Source: a virus
Taxonomy: Duplodnaviria; Caudoviricetes
IMG/VR virus record: IMGVR_UViG_2884366220_000001
Span: 1-64,000 of that record
Reading direction: 5' to 3' (one strand)
DNA length: 64,000 nucleotides
Below, piece after piece: positions 18,897-27,986 of this stretch (positions are counted from its first letter, which is position 1; the number at the start of each line of letters is the position of its first letter). A program made the translations under genes and the position numbers. Under the pieces are notes generated by a model. It had not been told where the DNA came from. It saw only the letters and a program-made list of their open reading frames with translations, and ran no database searches.

Positions 18897-19487
18897 ATGA
18901 AAACCACCCCACAAGTTACCCCCGCGAACACCAACACCACCACCGACAACCAGAACGCCAAAGGCAGTACCGGTAAGTTCACCGTTACCCCCGCCGAACC
19001 CGTTGCCCTGAGTGATCTACTGAAACAGGCCCACGCCGACACTGCCGCGAAAGCCGCCGATGTGGTCGAGCCGAAACCCTACCCCGTTCAGGCCCAGCCA
19101 GAGCCAGCCAAACCCGAAGCTACCGCCACCGCCCCGGAGCCAGCCAAAGCCCCAGCCCAGCCAGAGCCGCAGAAGCCAGCCGCCCCCGTTCGGAGCCGTG
19201 GCGAAGAAATCGAGTTTCAGATTGCCAAGTCGGGCAAACTACAACTGATAAACAACCAACTGCAAAGCCTGAAAGCCAAGCAGAACGAGTTAAACCAGTT
19301 CAGTTTCGCCGTTAGTAAGGACGAGGACTACCGCTATGGCCGGTTAGTGATCTTTGACGATAACAACCGCGAATTCCAGTGCAAAAACCACGGCCTAGCC
19401 GCCCTGATCGTGGAGCACCTGAAAGGCTTGTTCGAGCAGAAGGTGGAAGAGAAAGAAAGCGAACTGTTAGCGGTTTCGCGTTCGTGA
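18897..19487 (+). CDS. Hypothetical protein with Pro/Ala-rich N-half and coiled-coil C-half
   Basis: ATG ORF with A/C-rich leader. Confidence 0.7.
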   Translation: MKTTPQVTPANTNTTTDNQNAKGSTGKFTVTPAEPVALSDLLKQAHADTAAKAADVVEPKPYPVQAQPEPAKPEATATAPEPAKAPAQPEPQKPAAPVRSRGEEIEFQIAKSGKLQLINNQLQSLKAKQNELNQFSFAVSKDEDYRYGRLVIFDDNNREFQCKNHGLAALIVEHLKGLFEQKVEEKESELLAVSRS

Positions 19488-19717
19488 GTGAATTTGACAC
19501 GCTGATCGTGGACGAGTTGCGCCGGGAATTTCGGCGCACTCGTCCCCCGGCGAAGGTCATCACCGACCAGTATATAGCCGGTATTTTTCGCGTCACCAGC
19601 CGCCAGCCGCCCCGCATAGGCTACCGGGTTTTCTGGTACCCATCCAGTCTACTGCATCCCGATTCGACTGTTTACGAGGATACCCAATTTGATTTAATCG
19701 AACCCCTACCGTTATGA
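19484..19717 (+). CDS. Hypothetical protein (GTG start)
   Basis: GTGA and ATGA overlaps at both ends. Confidence 0.55.
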   Translation: MSEFDTLIVDELRREFRRTRPPAKVITDQYIAGIFRVTSRQPPRIGYRVFWYPSSLLHPDSTVYEDTQFDLIEPLPL

Positions 19718-20186
19718 GTCTACGCCCCCAGGACGCCACCACTATTTATTCCGTGGGTGAAATCAGCGTCAGCTACAAAACCAACAGTAACCCCAAGTTA
19801 GCGCACGTTCGGGCCAGCCGCGACGCGTACGGTATCTTTCGCCAGTACTGGAGCGAGCAGATTAACTGGATCGAGGAATTTTACCTAATGTGCCTTAACA
19901 AACAAAACGAAGCCATCGGCATTTTCCGGGTATCGGTGGGGGCACGGCCGCTACCTACGTGGATGCAAAAGTCATTTTTCAGGTAGCCTTGGGCTGTCAC
20001 GCCAGTAGCATTGTACTAGCTCATAACCACCCGTCGGGCAACCTTGAGCCGAGCAAAGCGGACAAAGACCTGACCGTCAAGTTTAAGCAGATCGGCCAGT
20101 TACTGGACTGTCCGGTGTTGGACCACCTGATTTTAGTGCCTGATGCTGATTGTTACACCTCATTTGCCGACAGCGGTATTTTATAG
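19714..20186 (+). CDS. radC: RadC-like JAB/MPN domain protein; frameshift in G run 19938-19942
   Basis: EEFYLMCLN...VSVG(G)TAATYVDAK...LAHNHPSGNLEPSKAD...LDHLI. Confidence 0.85.
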
Positions 20187-20188
20187 CC

Positions 20189-20743
20189 ATGACTTATTTT
20201 ATTCGTATCAGTAGCCAGAACCGCCCCGCCAACCGATTACAGCAGGCTATACTAGACCATTTCGGGGCCTACCACAGCGTACTGACCAGCGACCCGACGA
20301 GCATTTACCAACGGCTCAGCGGGGCCGTCGAGCAGGCCCACAGATCGTACCGGCGATGCACAAAACAGACCGTCAGCAAACAGCACGACTACAGCACGAA
20401 AGAAATCGTTGCCATCTACGTCGACGGATTGATTCAACTTAGTATGCACCCGGTTTTACGGACGGTTTATCTTGATCCGACGCCCCCCAAACCAGAGCCG
20501 ACCGCCCCGCCATTAGCCGCCCCAAACCAGACCGACGACCCACCGGGCGAAGTTTTACCCCGGGCCGTGATCTACAAACAGCGCGACAGTAGCGAGGAAT
20601 TACGACTGGATTACTGGTATAAGTTTTCTACCCAAGTGCAGAGTTTACTACGGCAGGGCGTTATCTGGCGCATCTACCTGAACGAAAACGCGTCACCCAT
20701 TGCCGAACTATACGGCGGTCGAACGATACCCGCCTACCTGTAA
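20189..20743 (+). CDS. Hypothetical protein
   Basis: ATG 2 bp after the radC stop. Confidence 0.6.
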   Translation: MTYFIRISSQNRPANRLQQAILDHFGAYHSVLTSDPTSIYQRLSGAVEQAHRSYRRCTKQTVSKQHDYSTKEIVAIYVDGLIQLSMHPVLRTVYLDPTPPKPEPTAPPLAAPNQTDDPPGEVLPRAVIYKQRDSSEELRLDYWYKFSTQVQSLLRQGVIWRIYLNENASPIAELYGGRTIPAYL

Positions 20744-21042
20744 CCGTACCCGTTACGCCTGATTCCTGCTAATTCCCTAGTGAGTTAGTGGGCTTTTGGC
20801 GTTCCTCGCGCCTTTGCTGTGGCGGGGTTCACGACAGCCCTGGTGTTTCGCAGGCTCACACCGGCCTGTCACTCACCCTGCCGGCGTCCAGCCAACTCTC
20901 TGCCGTTCGCTCAGCTGGAGATAGATCAGCTTACTCGTTAACTGGCTAAAAACCCGTGCTTAAAGCAATTTAGATCAACCGGCAACAGCAGGTTCTACGC
21001 GACTAGGCTAAACGCCCGACATATTAAATTTTAATCAATATA

Positions 21043-21381
21043 TTGACGACTAATGACTTACTTAGACCGTTTAGCATGTGTCGTGTTACCAATATGAGTA
21101 TGCATCCACACAGTTCACATAACCATCCCATCAGTCAACCCAATACCCCATTCACTACTCAGGAGGGAAAGCTTTGGCAGGAAGTAATTTTTTACGAACA
21201 ACATATCGTCAGGTTGGAACTGCTGCTCACTCAACTGACTCAAAACGAACAACTTTGCTTTACGTACAGGGGAGTAGATGCATCTATACAGACATATTTT
21301 ACATTGATTAAAGCACGTTACATGACTCAGATCGAACGGGCTTATCGCATGCGGGAAAGATTGTTGATGCGTCTTCTATAG
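21043..21381 (+). CDS. Hypothetical protein (lower GC, start uncertain)
   Basis: ORF only. Confidence 0.45.
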   Translation: MTTNDLLRPFSMCRVTNMSMHPHSSHNHPISQPNTPFTTQEGKLWQEVIFYEQHIVRLELLLTQLTQNEQLCFTYRGVDASIQTYFTLIKARYMTQIERAYRMRERLLMRLL

Positions 21382-21511
21382 AGTAGCTAGATTACCGCTA
21401 CGATTCCGCAATCAATTTGGTTTTCGTCAGTCTTGGGACACTAATTTCACTGAAAACAAATCAGCCCGAACGCAAAGCATCCGGGCTGAAGAAGCCAGTT
21501 AAAAACAAAAT

Positions 21512-21727
21512 CTATTCGGGCAGATTCCAGGTCTTTTCATGCTCGACACTGAACTGTGCTTTTTTAAGCATCTCTTCTTTTTTATCAATCGTCACGCCCC
21601 GGCCTGAATTAATCAGATGCCGGTAGTTACGACGAACCGACTTATCTAGTCCCGTCAGTGACCAGTAGTAGTCACTATCCAGTATAAGCCTGAAGGCTTC
21701 ATCCGTTGTTGGTGAGTTTTTCGCCAT
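21512..21727 (-). CDS. Small HTH-like regulator
   Basis: 71 aa basic protein, TAGATTTG -7 box upstream on the minus strand, shares a 17-bp operator-like repeat with the ardC promoter. Confidence 0.6.
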   Translation of the reverse strand: MAKNSPTTDEAFRLILDSDYYWSLTGLDKSVRRNYRHLINSGRGVTIDKKEEMLKKAQFSVEHEKTWNLPE

Positions 21728-21806
21728 TGTGCTGCCTTGTTAGGATACACAAATCTACGAAAACCACCGCGAATTTACGACGGTTTGCCGTCCTTTTTTC
21801 GACCTC

Positions 21807-21857
21807 GTCATCACGCCTGTCACGCCCCGCCCTACCTGACGCTGTCAACTTCGGCCT
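21807..21857 (+). promoter_or_regulatory. Late promoter motif, copy 3
   Basis: GTCATCACGCCTGTCACG-N21-CAACTTCG-N4-ATG(21858). Confidence 0.8.
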
Positions 21858-22133
21858 ATGATGCTGAAGTTGACAGATGTAGTACGCCTGATGCGTAAAA
21901 GTGAGTCGGGGCACGCCAGCCCGGGCAGGCCCCGCCCGTTTACCATTCAATACGTGACGGCCGACCGCACCCGCAACAAGGGTGGCGAGGTCCGCACGTT
22001 GAAGCGGGCTGTACTGCTCACCAAAAAGCGCACCGATAACCGGATCGTCGATCTGCAACCCCTCGGTACCACCGACATCGTGCGCGTGCATCTGGATCTG
22101 ATCCTTCGTTTCAATAATCAGCCTGTTGCATGA
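21858..22133 (+). CDS. Small basic phage protein upstream of portal
   Basis: ATG ORF coupled to the portal gene. Confidence 0.7.
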   Translation: MMLKLTDVVRLMRKSESGHASPGRPRPFTIQYVTADRTRNKGGEVRTLKRAVLLTKKRTDNRIVDLQPLGTTDIVRVHLDLILRFNNQPVA

Positions 22134-23590
22134 GCCAAGTTGAATACTTCACCGGCTCGACCGCCGACGCTGTTGTGGTGCCCCGTCTGGGGCTGAGTTT
22201 TGCCATCGAACACGAGAAGCCGATGGGCAAGCGTAGTGGTAGCCCCGCGATACTACCGTCGACGGGTTCCACGCCTGGCGCGAACCCCTCAGCCGTTCAG
22301 CCGAGTCAGGCATTTGTCTGGTCGGCCGGTAGTGATATCATGCCCTGGGGAGTCGGTAACGATTTTCCTCAGCGCATCGCGTCGCTGTATTCAAAAGATC
22401 CCATCATTCCGACCACATTGGGTAAAATTGCCGCCATGGTGCAGGGTCGGGGCATCATTCCGGTACTAGAGCACGTCGACGACGACGGTGATCCCCTGTA
22501 TCGACCACTACCCCGGAATAACGCGGTAGCCACTGAGATTTACACTTACCTCAGCAGTCGGTACCATAAACAGTACATGCGCGAAATGGCGTCCGATGCC
22601 ACCATGTACTTCAATGGCTTCCCGGAGATGCTCATCTCGAAGGACCGCAAGAAGATCGTGCAGCCGCACCCGCTGAATGCCGAGGAAGTTCGCTGGTGTC
22701 AGATGGATAAGGCCGGCAACCTGCCGCATATCTATTTGAGTGCCGACTGGCCCCGCGCGACGGATGAAACCGCCAAGAAAATCACGGCCATCGACCCCTT
22801 TCGGTACGATGCCGTCGACTGGCTGCGTGAGCAGAAAGAGTACAACGTCGTCTACCCGATCCGGTTTCCGACGCCGGGCCAGCGGTATTACGCGCTGCCG
22901 CACCACTACAGTCTGGTCGAATCGGGCTGGCTCGACGTGCACCTGGCCGTGCCCCAGTTCAAGAAGTACATGCTCAAGAACCAGATGTCGATCAAGTATC
23001 ACATCAAGGTCGATGAAGCGTACTGGCCACTGGCGTTCGGCGACGACTGGAACAAAGCCAAAACCAAGCCGGGTGAGCGGCAGAAGCTGATTGAGGGCTG
23101 GCTGGAAAAAGTAACCAAGATGCTGACCAACGTGGAAAACACGGGTCAGGCCCTGATTACCCAGGTCAAAGCCGCAACCAACGACCCGACGAAGGTCGCT
23201 GACTACGTCACGATCACGCCGATTCAAGACCCCAGTCGGGAAGGGCAGCACCTGGCCGACAACCTCGAAGCAGCGGCCAACATCTTCTACGCGCTGAACG
23301 TCGATCCCACGCTGGTTGGCTTCGCCGGTGGCGACAAGATGGGTGCGCGTAGTGGTGGTTCCGACAAGCTCCAGGCGTATCTGATTGCCCTGCAAATGCT
23401 GTCCCCGTTCCGGGATATGCTCATCGAACCGATTGACTTCATGGCCGATTTCAATGGCTGGAAATTGGCCCTTCCCCAGTTGAAGTTTATCTATCCCGAT
23501 CAGAACCCCAGTGCCAAAAAGGGCGACCAGAAGAAAGACGAACCTAAGTCGTTGCCGGCCGGTGGCGATAAATCCAAACCTGACGCATGA
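22130..23590 (+). CDS. Portal protein
   Basis: 486 aa; PWGVGNDFP, YYALPHH, G-x-N-TG-type and VDPTLVG stretches typical of portals; position. Confidence 0.75.
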   Translation: MSQVEYFTGSTADAVVVPRLGLSFAIEHEKPMGKRSGSPAILPSTGSTPGANPSAVQPSQAFVWSAGSDIMPWGVGNDFPQRIASLYSKDPIIPTTLGKIAAMVQGRGIIPVLEHVDDDGDPLYRPLPRNNAVATEIYTYLSSRYHKQYMREMASDATMYFNGFPEMLISKDRKKIVQPHPLNAEEVRWCQMDKAGNLPHIYLSADWPRATDETAKKITAIDPFRYDAVDWLREQKEYNVVYPIRFPTPGQRYYALPHHYSLVESGWLDVHLAVPQFKKYMLKNQMSIKYHIKVDEAYWPLAFGDDWNKAKTKPGERQKLIEGWLEKVTKMLTNVENTGQALITQVKAATNDPTKVADYVTITPIQDPSREGQHLADNLEAAANIFYALNVDPTLVGFAGGDKMGARSGGSDKLQAYLIALQMLSPFRDMLIEPIDFMADFNGWKLALPQLKFIYPDQNPSAKKGDQKKDEPKSLPAGGDKSKPDA

Positions 23591-24558
23591 GCCAGTTATT
23601 CACCGGAGAAACCGACCAGCTGCGGCAGTACGTCCCGGTCAATGTCAATTTTGATACGGACGGACTAATGCCCGTACTGGATGACACCGAAATGACGGTG
23701 CTGGGCCGCTTTATCGGCCTCGACGTGCTGGAGCAGCTGCGCGACTACGCCAGCACCAACGATCACCCGGATCTGACCGCTTCCGAGAGCCGACAGCTGG
23801 AGAGTGCCTTATTTCTGGCCAGGGGGGCAGTCGGTCGTATCGGCTTTGCGGCCTACCTGCCGTTTGCCGAAATGCAGATCGACAACGATGGTATTACGGT
23901 GACGGCAGCGCAGGGTCGCAAAGCTGCGTTTGAGTATCAGACCAACAACCTCAAACGCACCCTGCTCGATGCGGGCTGGGAGTCGCTCGATCGGTTGCTG
24001 AGCCTGCTGGCCAGCCAGCCCGATCTGTTTCCGGACTGGAAAAATGCCCCCTACTACGAGGAGCAGCAGAACGCCATTTTCAAAACGCCGGCGGAGTTCA
24101 GCCGCTACTATCCCATTCAGGATCGGTGGCTGACGTTCTGGGCGCTACGATTCAGCATCCGTAACGTCGAAGAAGACCAAGGCGCAGATGCGCAGGCCCG
24201 GATCGATAAGCTGTCTGCTGGATCGGTGTCGGATTCAATGCGTGCCAAGCTGAATCGACTGATGCGCCGGGGGATTGCTTATCAGGCCGTGCTCGACGCC
24301 CTGCCGACGCTGAGCATCGAACTGGAAGGCATCAATGTAAAAGTCAACTACGGTTCCCAGTACGGGAACGCGGATTACTACCAGCCGCCCTCTCAGGCCC
24401 AGCTGAACTTCGTTATCAACAACCTGCAACGGCAGATCGACATCGCCTGGAACAGCTTCGAGGCTGCGATTTCGCCACTGGAGACACTACCCACTCCTGA
24501 CGACGATTCATCCACCAGCTACGGCCCCTATTCGACCGGCGCAATTTCCTTTCTGTAA
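23587..24558 (+). CDS. Head-tail connector-like protein (DUF6712-like)
   Basis: Follows portal; helical; family assignment from memory. Confidence 0.5.
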   Translation: MSQLFTGETDQLRQYVPVNVNFDTDGLMPVLDDTEMTVLGRFIGLDVLEQLRDYASTNDHPDLTASESRQLESALFLARGAVGRIGFAAYLPFAEMQIDNDGITVTAAQGRKAAFEYQTNNLKRTLLDAGWESLDRLLSLLASQPDLFPDWKNAPYYEEQQNAIFKTPAEFSRYYPIQDRWLTFWALRFSIRNVEEDQGADAQARIDKLSAGSVSDSMRAKLNRLMRRGIAYQAVLDALPTLSIELEGINVKVNYGSQYGNADYYQPPSQAQLNFVINNLQRQIDIAWNSFEAAISPLETLPTPDDDSSTSYGPYSTGAISFL

Positions 24559-24560
24559 TC

Positions 24561-24908
24561 ATGATCTTGACAATAAGCTGTCACATCATTGGTATCCTTA
24601 GCGCAATTCTGACCAGCTATAGACTGGTGTCTCGTCCTACGAAATGCCGCTGGATAGCCTACGGCCTATCTGTGTTTGTCGCCTGGACAAGTTTGTATCT
24701 GCTGGCGTCGTGCAAGCCCAAAACCAAACCTACCGCGCCCGCAGCTACATCGGTACCGACCGTCGACACGGCCCGAATTCGCCTGCAAAATCAAGCCGAC
24801 GCCAGCCGATCAGCTGCCGAGCGGGCGACCAAAGCATCTAATTCAACCGTAACCAACTACGACCGTGATACCAAAACGTATGACTCGATACGAGTCGACC
24901 TGCGCTAA
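24561..24908 (+). CDS. Membrane/lipoprotein, spanin candidate
   Basis: Two hydrophobic segments ending LLASC, then Pro-rich linker and coiled coil; in lysis cluster. Confidence 0.5.
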   Translation: MILTISCHIIGILSAILTSYRLVSRPTKCRWIAYGLSVFVAWTSLYLLASCKPKTKPTAPAATSVPTVDTARIRLQNQADASRSAAERATKASNSTVTNYDRDTKTYDSIRVDLR

Positions 24909-25458
24909 AGCAGGCTGGAAACTATTGCTGCTTGGGGCAGCTGTGCTGATAAGCTTTTTGCTCGCTGGCTTTGATGCATCGGGCCAACCCGTCGCAATGG
25001 TCAAACAGCAACCATTCCCGTATCCTGTCGGGGTTGCAATAGATACGGCGACCTATGGTGCGGTGAAAGCGAAACTGAGAGCCGCCGATCGGCTGCGGGT
25101 CAGTGCTCAGCATCGGATCGACTCGCTACAGGCCGAAGTGGCCGCGACCCGTAAAGCCCTCGACGATCAATTCCGGCTGGGCAAATACGATGCCGGCACG
25201 GCAATGGGCCTGACTGCCCGCATGAATCTGATTCAAAGTGAACTGGCTTCGGCTCAAAACTCCCTGCGGGTAGCTGAAGGTGCGATCGACGGTGTACTGG
25301 CATTGTTGCCCCGCTCGGTACGCAATAAGCTGCGAGTCGATCAGCCCGATAAAATTGCCGATGCCCTCAGCGAATACGTCAGTACGCTAAAGAAACGAAA
25401 GTGGCGATGGTCTGCGGCCTTTTTCGGGGCCGGCGCGCTGGCTGCACTACTGCTTTAA
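24879..25458 (+). CDS. Signal-peptide coiled-coil protein with C-terminal TM, spanin candidate
   Basis: N-terminal hydrophobic segment, long coiled coil, C-terminal WRWSAAFFGAGALAALLL. Confidence 0.5.
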
Positions 25459-25470
25459 CTAACCTACCAT

Positions 25471-25830
25471 ATGGAAAACTACGCATCCATTATCCCCGAG
25501 CTACTCAAGCTCTCACCCATTGCGGCCGTGCTGTTTATCTGCCTGGCTGTTGTCTGGAAATACGTCCAGAAGAAAGACGAGGCCCTGACGGCCGCGCAGG
25601 CCCACACCAACGATAAGCTGCTGGAGATGCAGGAGAAGATGATTGTCAGCAACAATAACGTGGCCACCAGTCACGTGACGCTGGCTACTGCGATCGGCAA
25701 ACTATCGGAAACGATCGACGACAACCAGGCGCAGGTCATGCGCGAACTGGACGAGATCAAAACCGGCACCAAAGTTCGGTCGCTCCCCGGCCGTAGTCGT
25801 ACAGTTTCCGAACCTAAAGCGCAAGCCTGA
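25471..25830 (+). CDS. Holin-like single-TM protein
   Basis: N-terminal TM then coiled coil, directly before the endolysin. Confidence 0.5.
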   Translation: MENYASIIPELLKLSPIAAVLFICLAVVWKYVQKKDEALTAAQAHTNDKLLEMQEKMIVSNNNVATSHVTLATAIGKLSETIDDNQAQVMRELDEIKTGTKVRSLPGRSRTVSEPKAQA

Positions 25831-26432
25831 TGAAACCCGTTCTTCAACCCGCTGACTTCGGTCGAGCAGCCCAGTCGTTGGGCTGCTCGATAGCCGCTAT
25901 CCGGGCGGTGGCCGAAGTCGAATCCGACGGCGGAGGTTTTCTAAAAGGTAAGATTCTGGTCACTCGCTTTGAAGGCCACATTTTTCGGCAGAAAACAGAC
26001 GGACGGTTTGATAAATCGCACCCGACGTTGTCGCACCGGTACATGGAAGATTGCCCTTACAACAAAGGGACGCTGTCCGATCTGCGCAGGCTGGAGCTGG
26101 CGCGTCAGCTGGCGGGCGACGTGGCGTTTGAGTGTGCCAGCTACGGCATGTTTCAGATCATGGGGTTTCATTATGCGCTGCTGGGTTACAAGTCGGCCTA
26201 CGAAATGGTGCAGGCATTCAACCAGAGCGAATCAGTTCAGCTCGATGCATTCGTACTGTTCATTCGTGGACAGGGACTTGCCGACGAGTTGCAGGATCTG
26301 CGCTTTGCCGATTTCGCCTACCGATACAATGGAGCCAACTACCGGGCCAATCGCTACGATATCAAAATGCTCAACGCCTACGGCTACTACCTGCCTAATC
26401 CGCTGACGCCGAACCGCTACAAACTCATCTGA
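25830..26432 (+). CDS. Endolysin, N-acetylmuramidase (DUF3380-like)
   Basis: AVAEVES, RFEGHIF, SYGMFQIMGFH and YNGANY motifs. Confidence 0.9.
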   Translation: MKPVLQPADFGRAAQSLGCSIAAIRAVAEVESDGGGFLKGKILVTRFEGHIFRQKTDGRFDKSHPTLSHRYMEDCPYNKGTLSDLRRLELARQLAGDVAFECASYGMFQIMGFHYALLGYKSAYEMVQAFNQSESVQLDAFVLFIRGQGLADELQDLRFADFAYRYNGANYRANRYDIKMLNAYGYYLPNPLTPNRYKLI

Positions 26433-27307
26433 TGAATACCTTCAATCTCTGGAAAAAGGGCCGGATGCGACTGTATACCGGCCCTTCCTGTTGGGCTGAA
26501 CTGACCGACCCGCAATCGGTATCGATGATGCGCGTCCGGTCGATGGTGCTGGAAAAGCCGGAATGCCTGTTTGCTGTGCTGAAGCAACTGTACGGTATGT
26601 CATTCCGTACCCAGCGCTGGTTGTTCGACGACAACTACCTGCGCCGGAAGGGGATGGAGCCTGACGATCGGGAGCTGACCCGGCGAATGGGGCAGGCCAT
26701 GCTCGACACACTGACCTGGATTGGTCAGGAAGATGATACCGGTACGTTCCCCCAACGGTTTCGTCGGTTCGACTTTTACTTCGGAACGACCCGGATCTGG
26801 CTACGTCGACTGGTCAACCGCACGGTTTATCATGGCCCGGCTGCGGCCCTGGCTAACTGCACGTTTGCCGAGTTCATGTTTGCCGACGTCGCATTCCAGA
26901 AACGCGATTGGGCGAAACTTGCCGCTATCCTCTATCGGCCTGCCGGTACCGATGGTGCCGACCCGCGACAGCCGCTCGATCGGCACCAGGTCGAGGCCCG
27001 CGCCGAGGCCTTCGCCCAGCTTGATCCCGCCCTGCTGGAGCGTATTGTTTTCGCCTACGGCTGCACGCTCGTACGACTGAAATCGTTCTTCCCCCTCGTT
27101 TTCAAAGCGCCCGACGAGGCCGATACCTCGACGACCCAGAAACAGAATAGTTGGCTCGACGTGGCCATCAACATGGTGAAGCTCGACGCGACCCGCGTGC
27201 AGGAAATCGAGAAACTGAACCTGTATCTGGCGTTGAAGGTGCTGAACGCGCAGATCCAGCAGGGCGAGGAAATGCAGGAGCAATACGACAACATGAAAAA
27301 CAGATGA
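26432..27307 (+). CDS. Hypothetical tail-region protein
   Basis: Translationally coupled ORF. Confidence 0.65.
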   Translation: MNTFNLWKKGRMRLYTGPSCWAELTDPQSVSMMRVRSMVLEKPECLFAVLKQLYGMSFRTQRWLFDDNYLRRKGMEPDDRELTRRMGQAMLDTLTWIGQEDDTGTFPQRFRRFDFYFGTTRIWLRRLVNRTVYHGPAAALANCTFAEFMFADVAFQKRDWAKLAAILYRPAGTDGADPRQPLDRHQVEARAEAFAQLDPALLERIVFAYGCTLVRLKSFFPLVFKAPDEADTSTTQKQNSWLDVAINMVKLDATRVQEIEKLNLYLALKVLNAQIQQGEEMQEQYDNMKNR

Positions 27308-27879
27308 CCGAGCAGGACTACATCGACTACTTCACTGATCTGGCCACAAAAAATTTGGCCATCGGCCACACGCCAGACCGGCCGCGTTTCTACGTGATTC
27401 ACGATAACAACATGAGCGAACTGACAAACGCCATGCGGAATCTACGGGTACCGGCACTGCTGATCGACCAGTACTACGACGATATCGACCGCACCCAGGA
27501 CAATCCGCGCCTGCGAATTTCAGGCGGCCTGAACGTACTGGTTAAGTGCAATACGGGAGATACCAAGGATGTTCGCCGGGCCAGAGAAGAAGCCCGGCAG
27601 ATTGCCCGTCAATTTCTGAACCGGATGTTCAACGATTCCCGGACACCGGGTAGCGTACTATGCCGGCAGGGTAGGGCTGTCACCGTGTCGACACAGTACC
27701 AGGGCGAACCAATGGCCGACATGCAGAATTACGCCGGTTGGGGCTATCCCTTCGAGTGGACTGTAGCCCAGAATGTCGCGGTTGTCAATAATGAGTGGGA
27801 CGATCTGAGGCCGAAGCCAGCTCCTGAACCTGAGCCAGTGCCGGCACCACAACCGGCTCCGGTGCTTAGTCAGGATTAA
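27304..27879 (+). CDS. Hypothetical tail completion-like protein
   Basis: ATGA overlap; function from size and position only. Confidence 0.55.
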   Translation: MTEQDYIDYFTDLATKNLAIGHTPDRPRFYVIHDNNMSELTNAMRNLRVPALLIDQYYDDIDRTQDNPRLRISGGLNVLVKCNTGDTKDVRRAREEARQIARQFLNRMFNDSRTPGSVLCRQGRAVTVSTQYQGEPMADMQNYAGWGYPFEWTVAQNVAVVNNEWDDLRPKPAPEPEPVPAPQPAPVLSQD

Positions 27880-27935
27880 ATGGCCATCCAGAATCGACAC
27901 GTTACCGGTACGTGTCGATACGCTGTACATGGGCT

Positions 27936-27986
27936 GTCATCACGCCTGTCACGGCCTGAGCCATAGCGCGCGCAGAATTTCGCGCT
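27936..27986 (+). promoter_or_regulatory. Late promoter motif, copy 4
   Basis: GTCATCACGCCTGTCACG-N21-GAATTTCG-N4-ATG(27987). Confidence 0.8.

Noticed and set aside
17870-20743. Restriction-site avoidance in the ArdC cassette
   Set aside because: GATC sites are present, and depletion of other words cannot be quantified by eye
20855-20875. Partial late motif GCCTGTCACT
   Set aside because: Lacks the GTCATCAC half and a correctly spaced start codon
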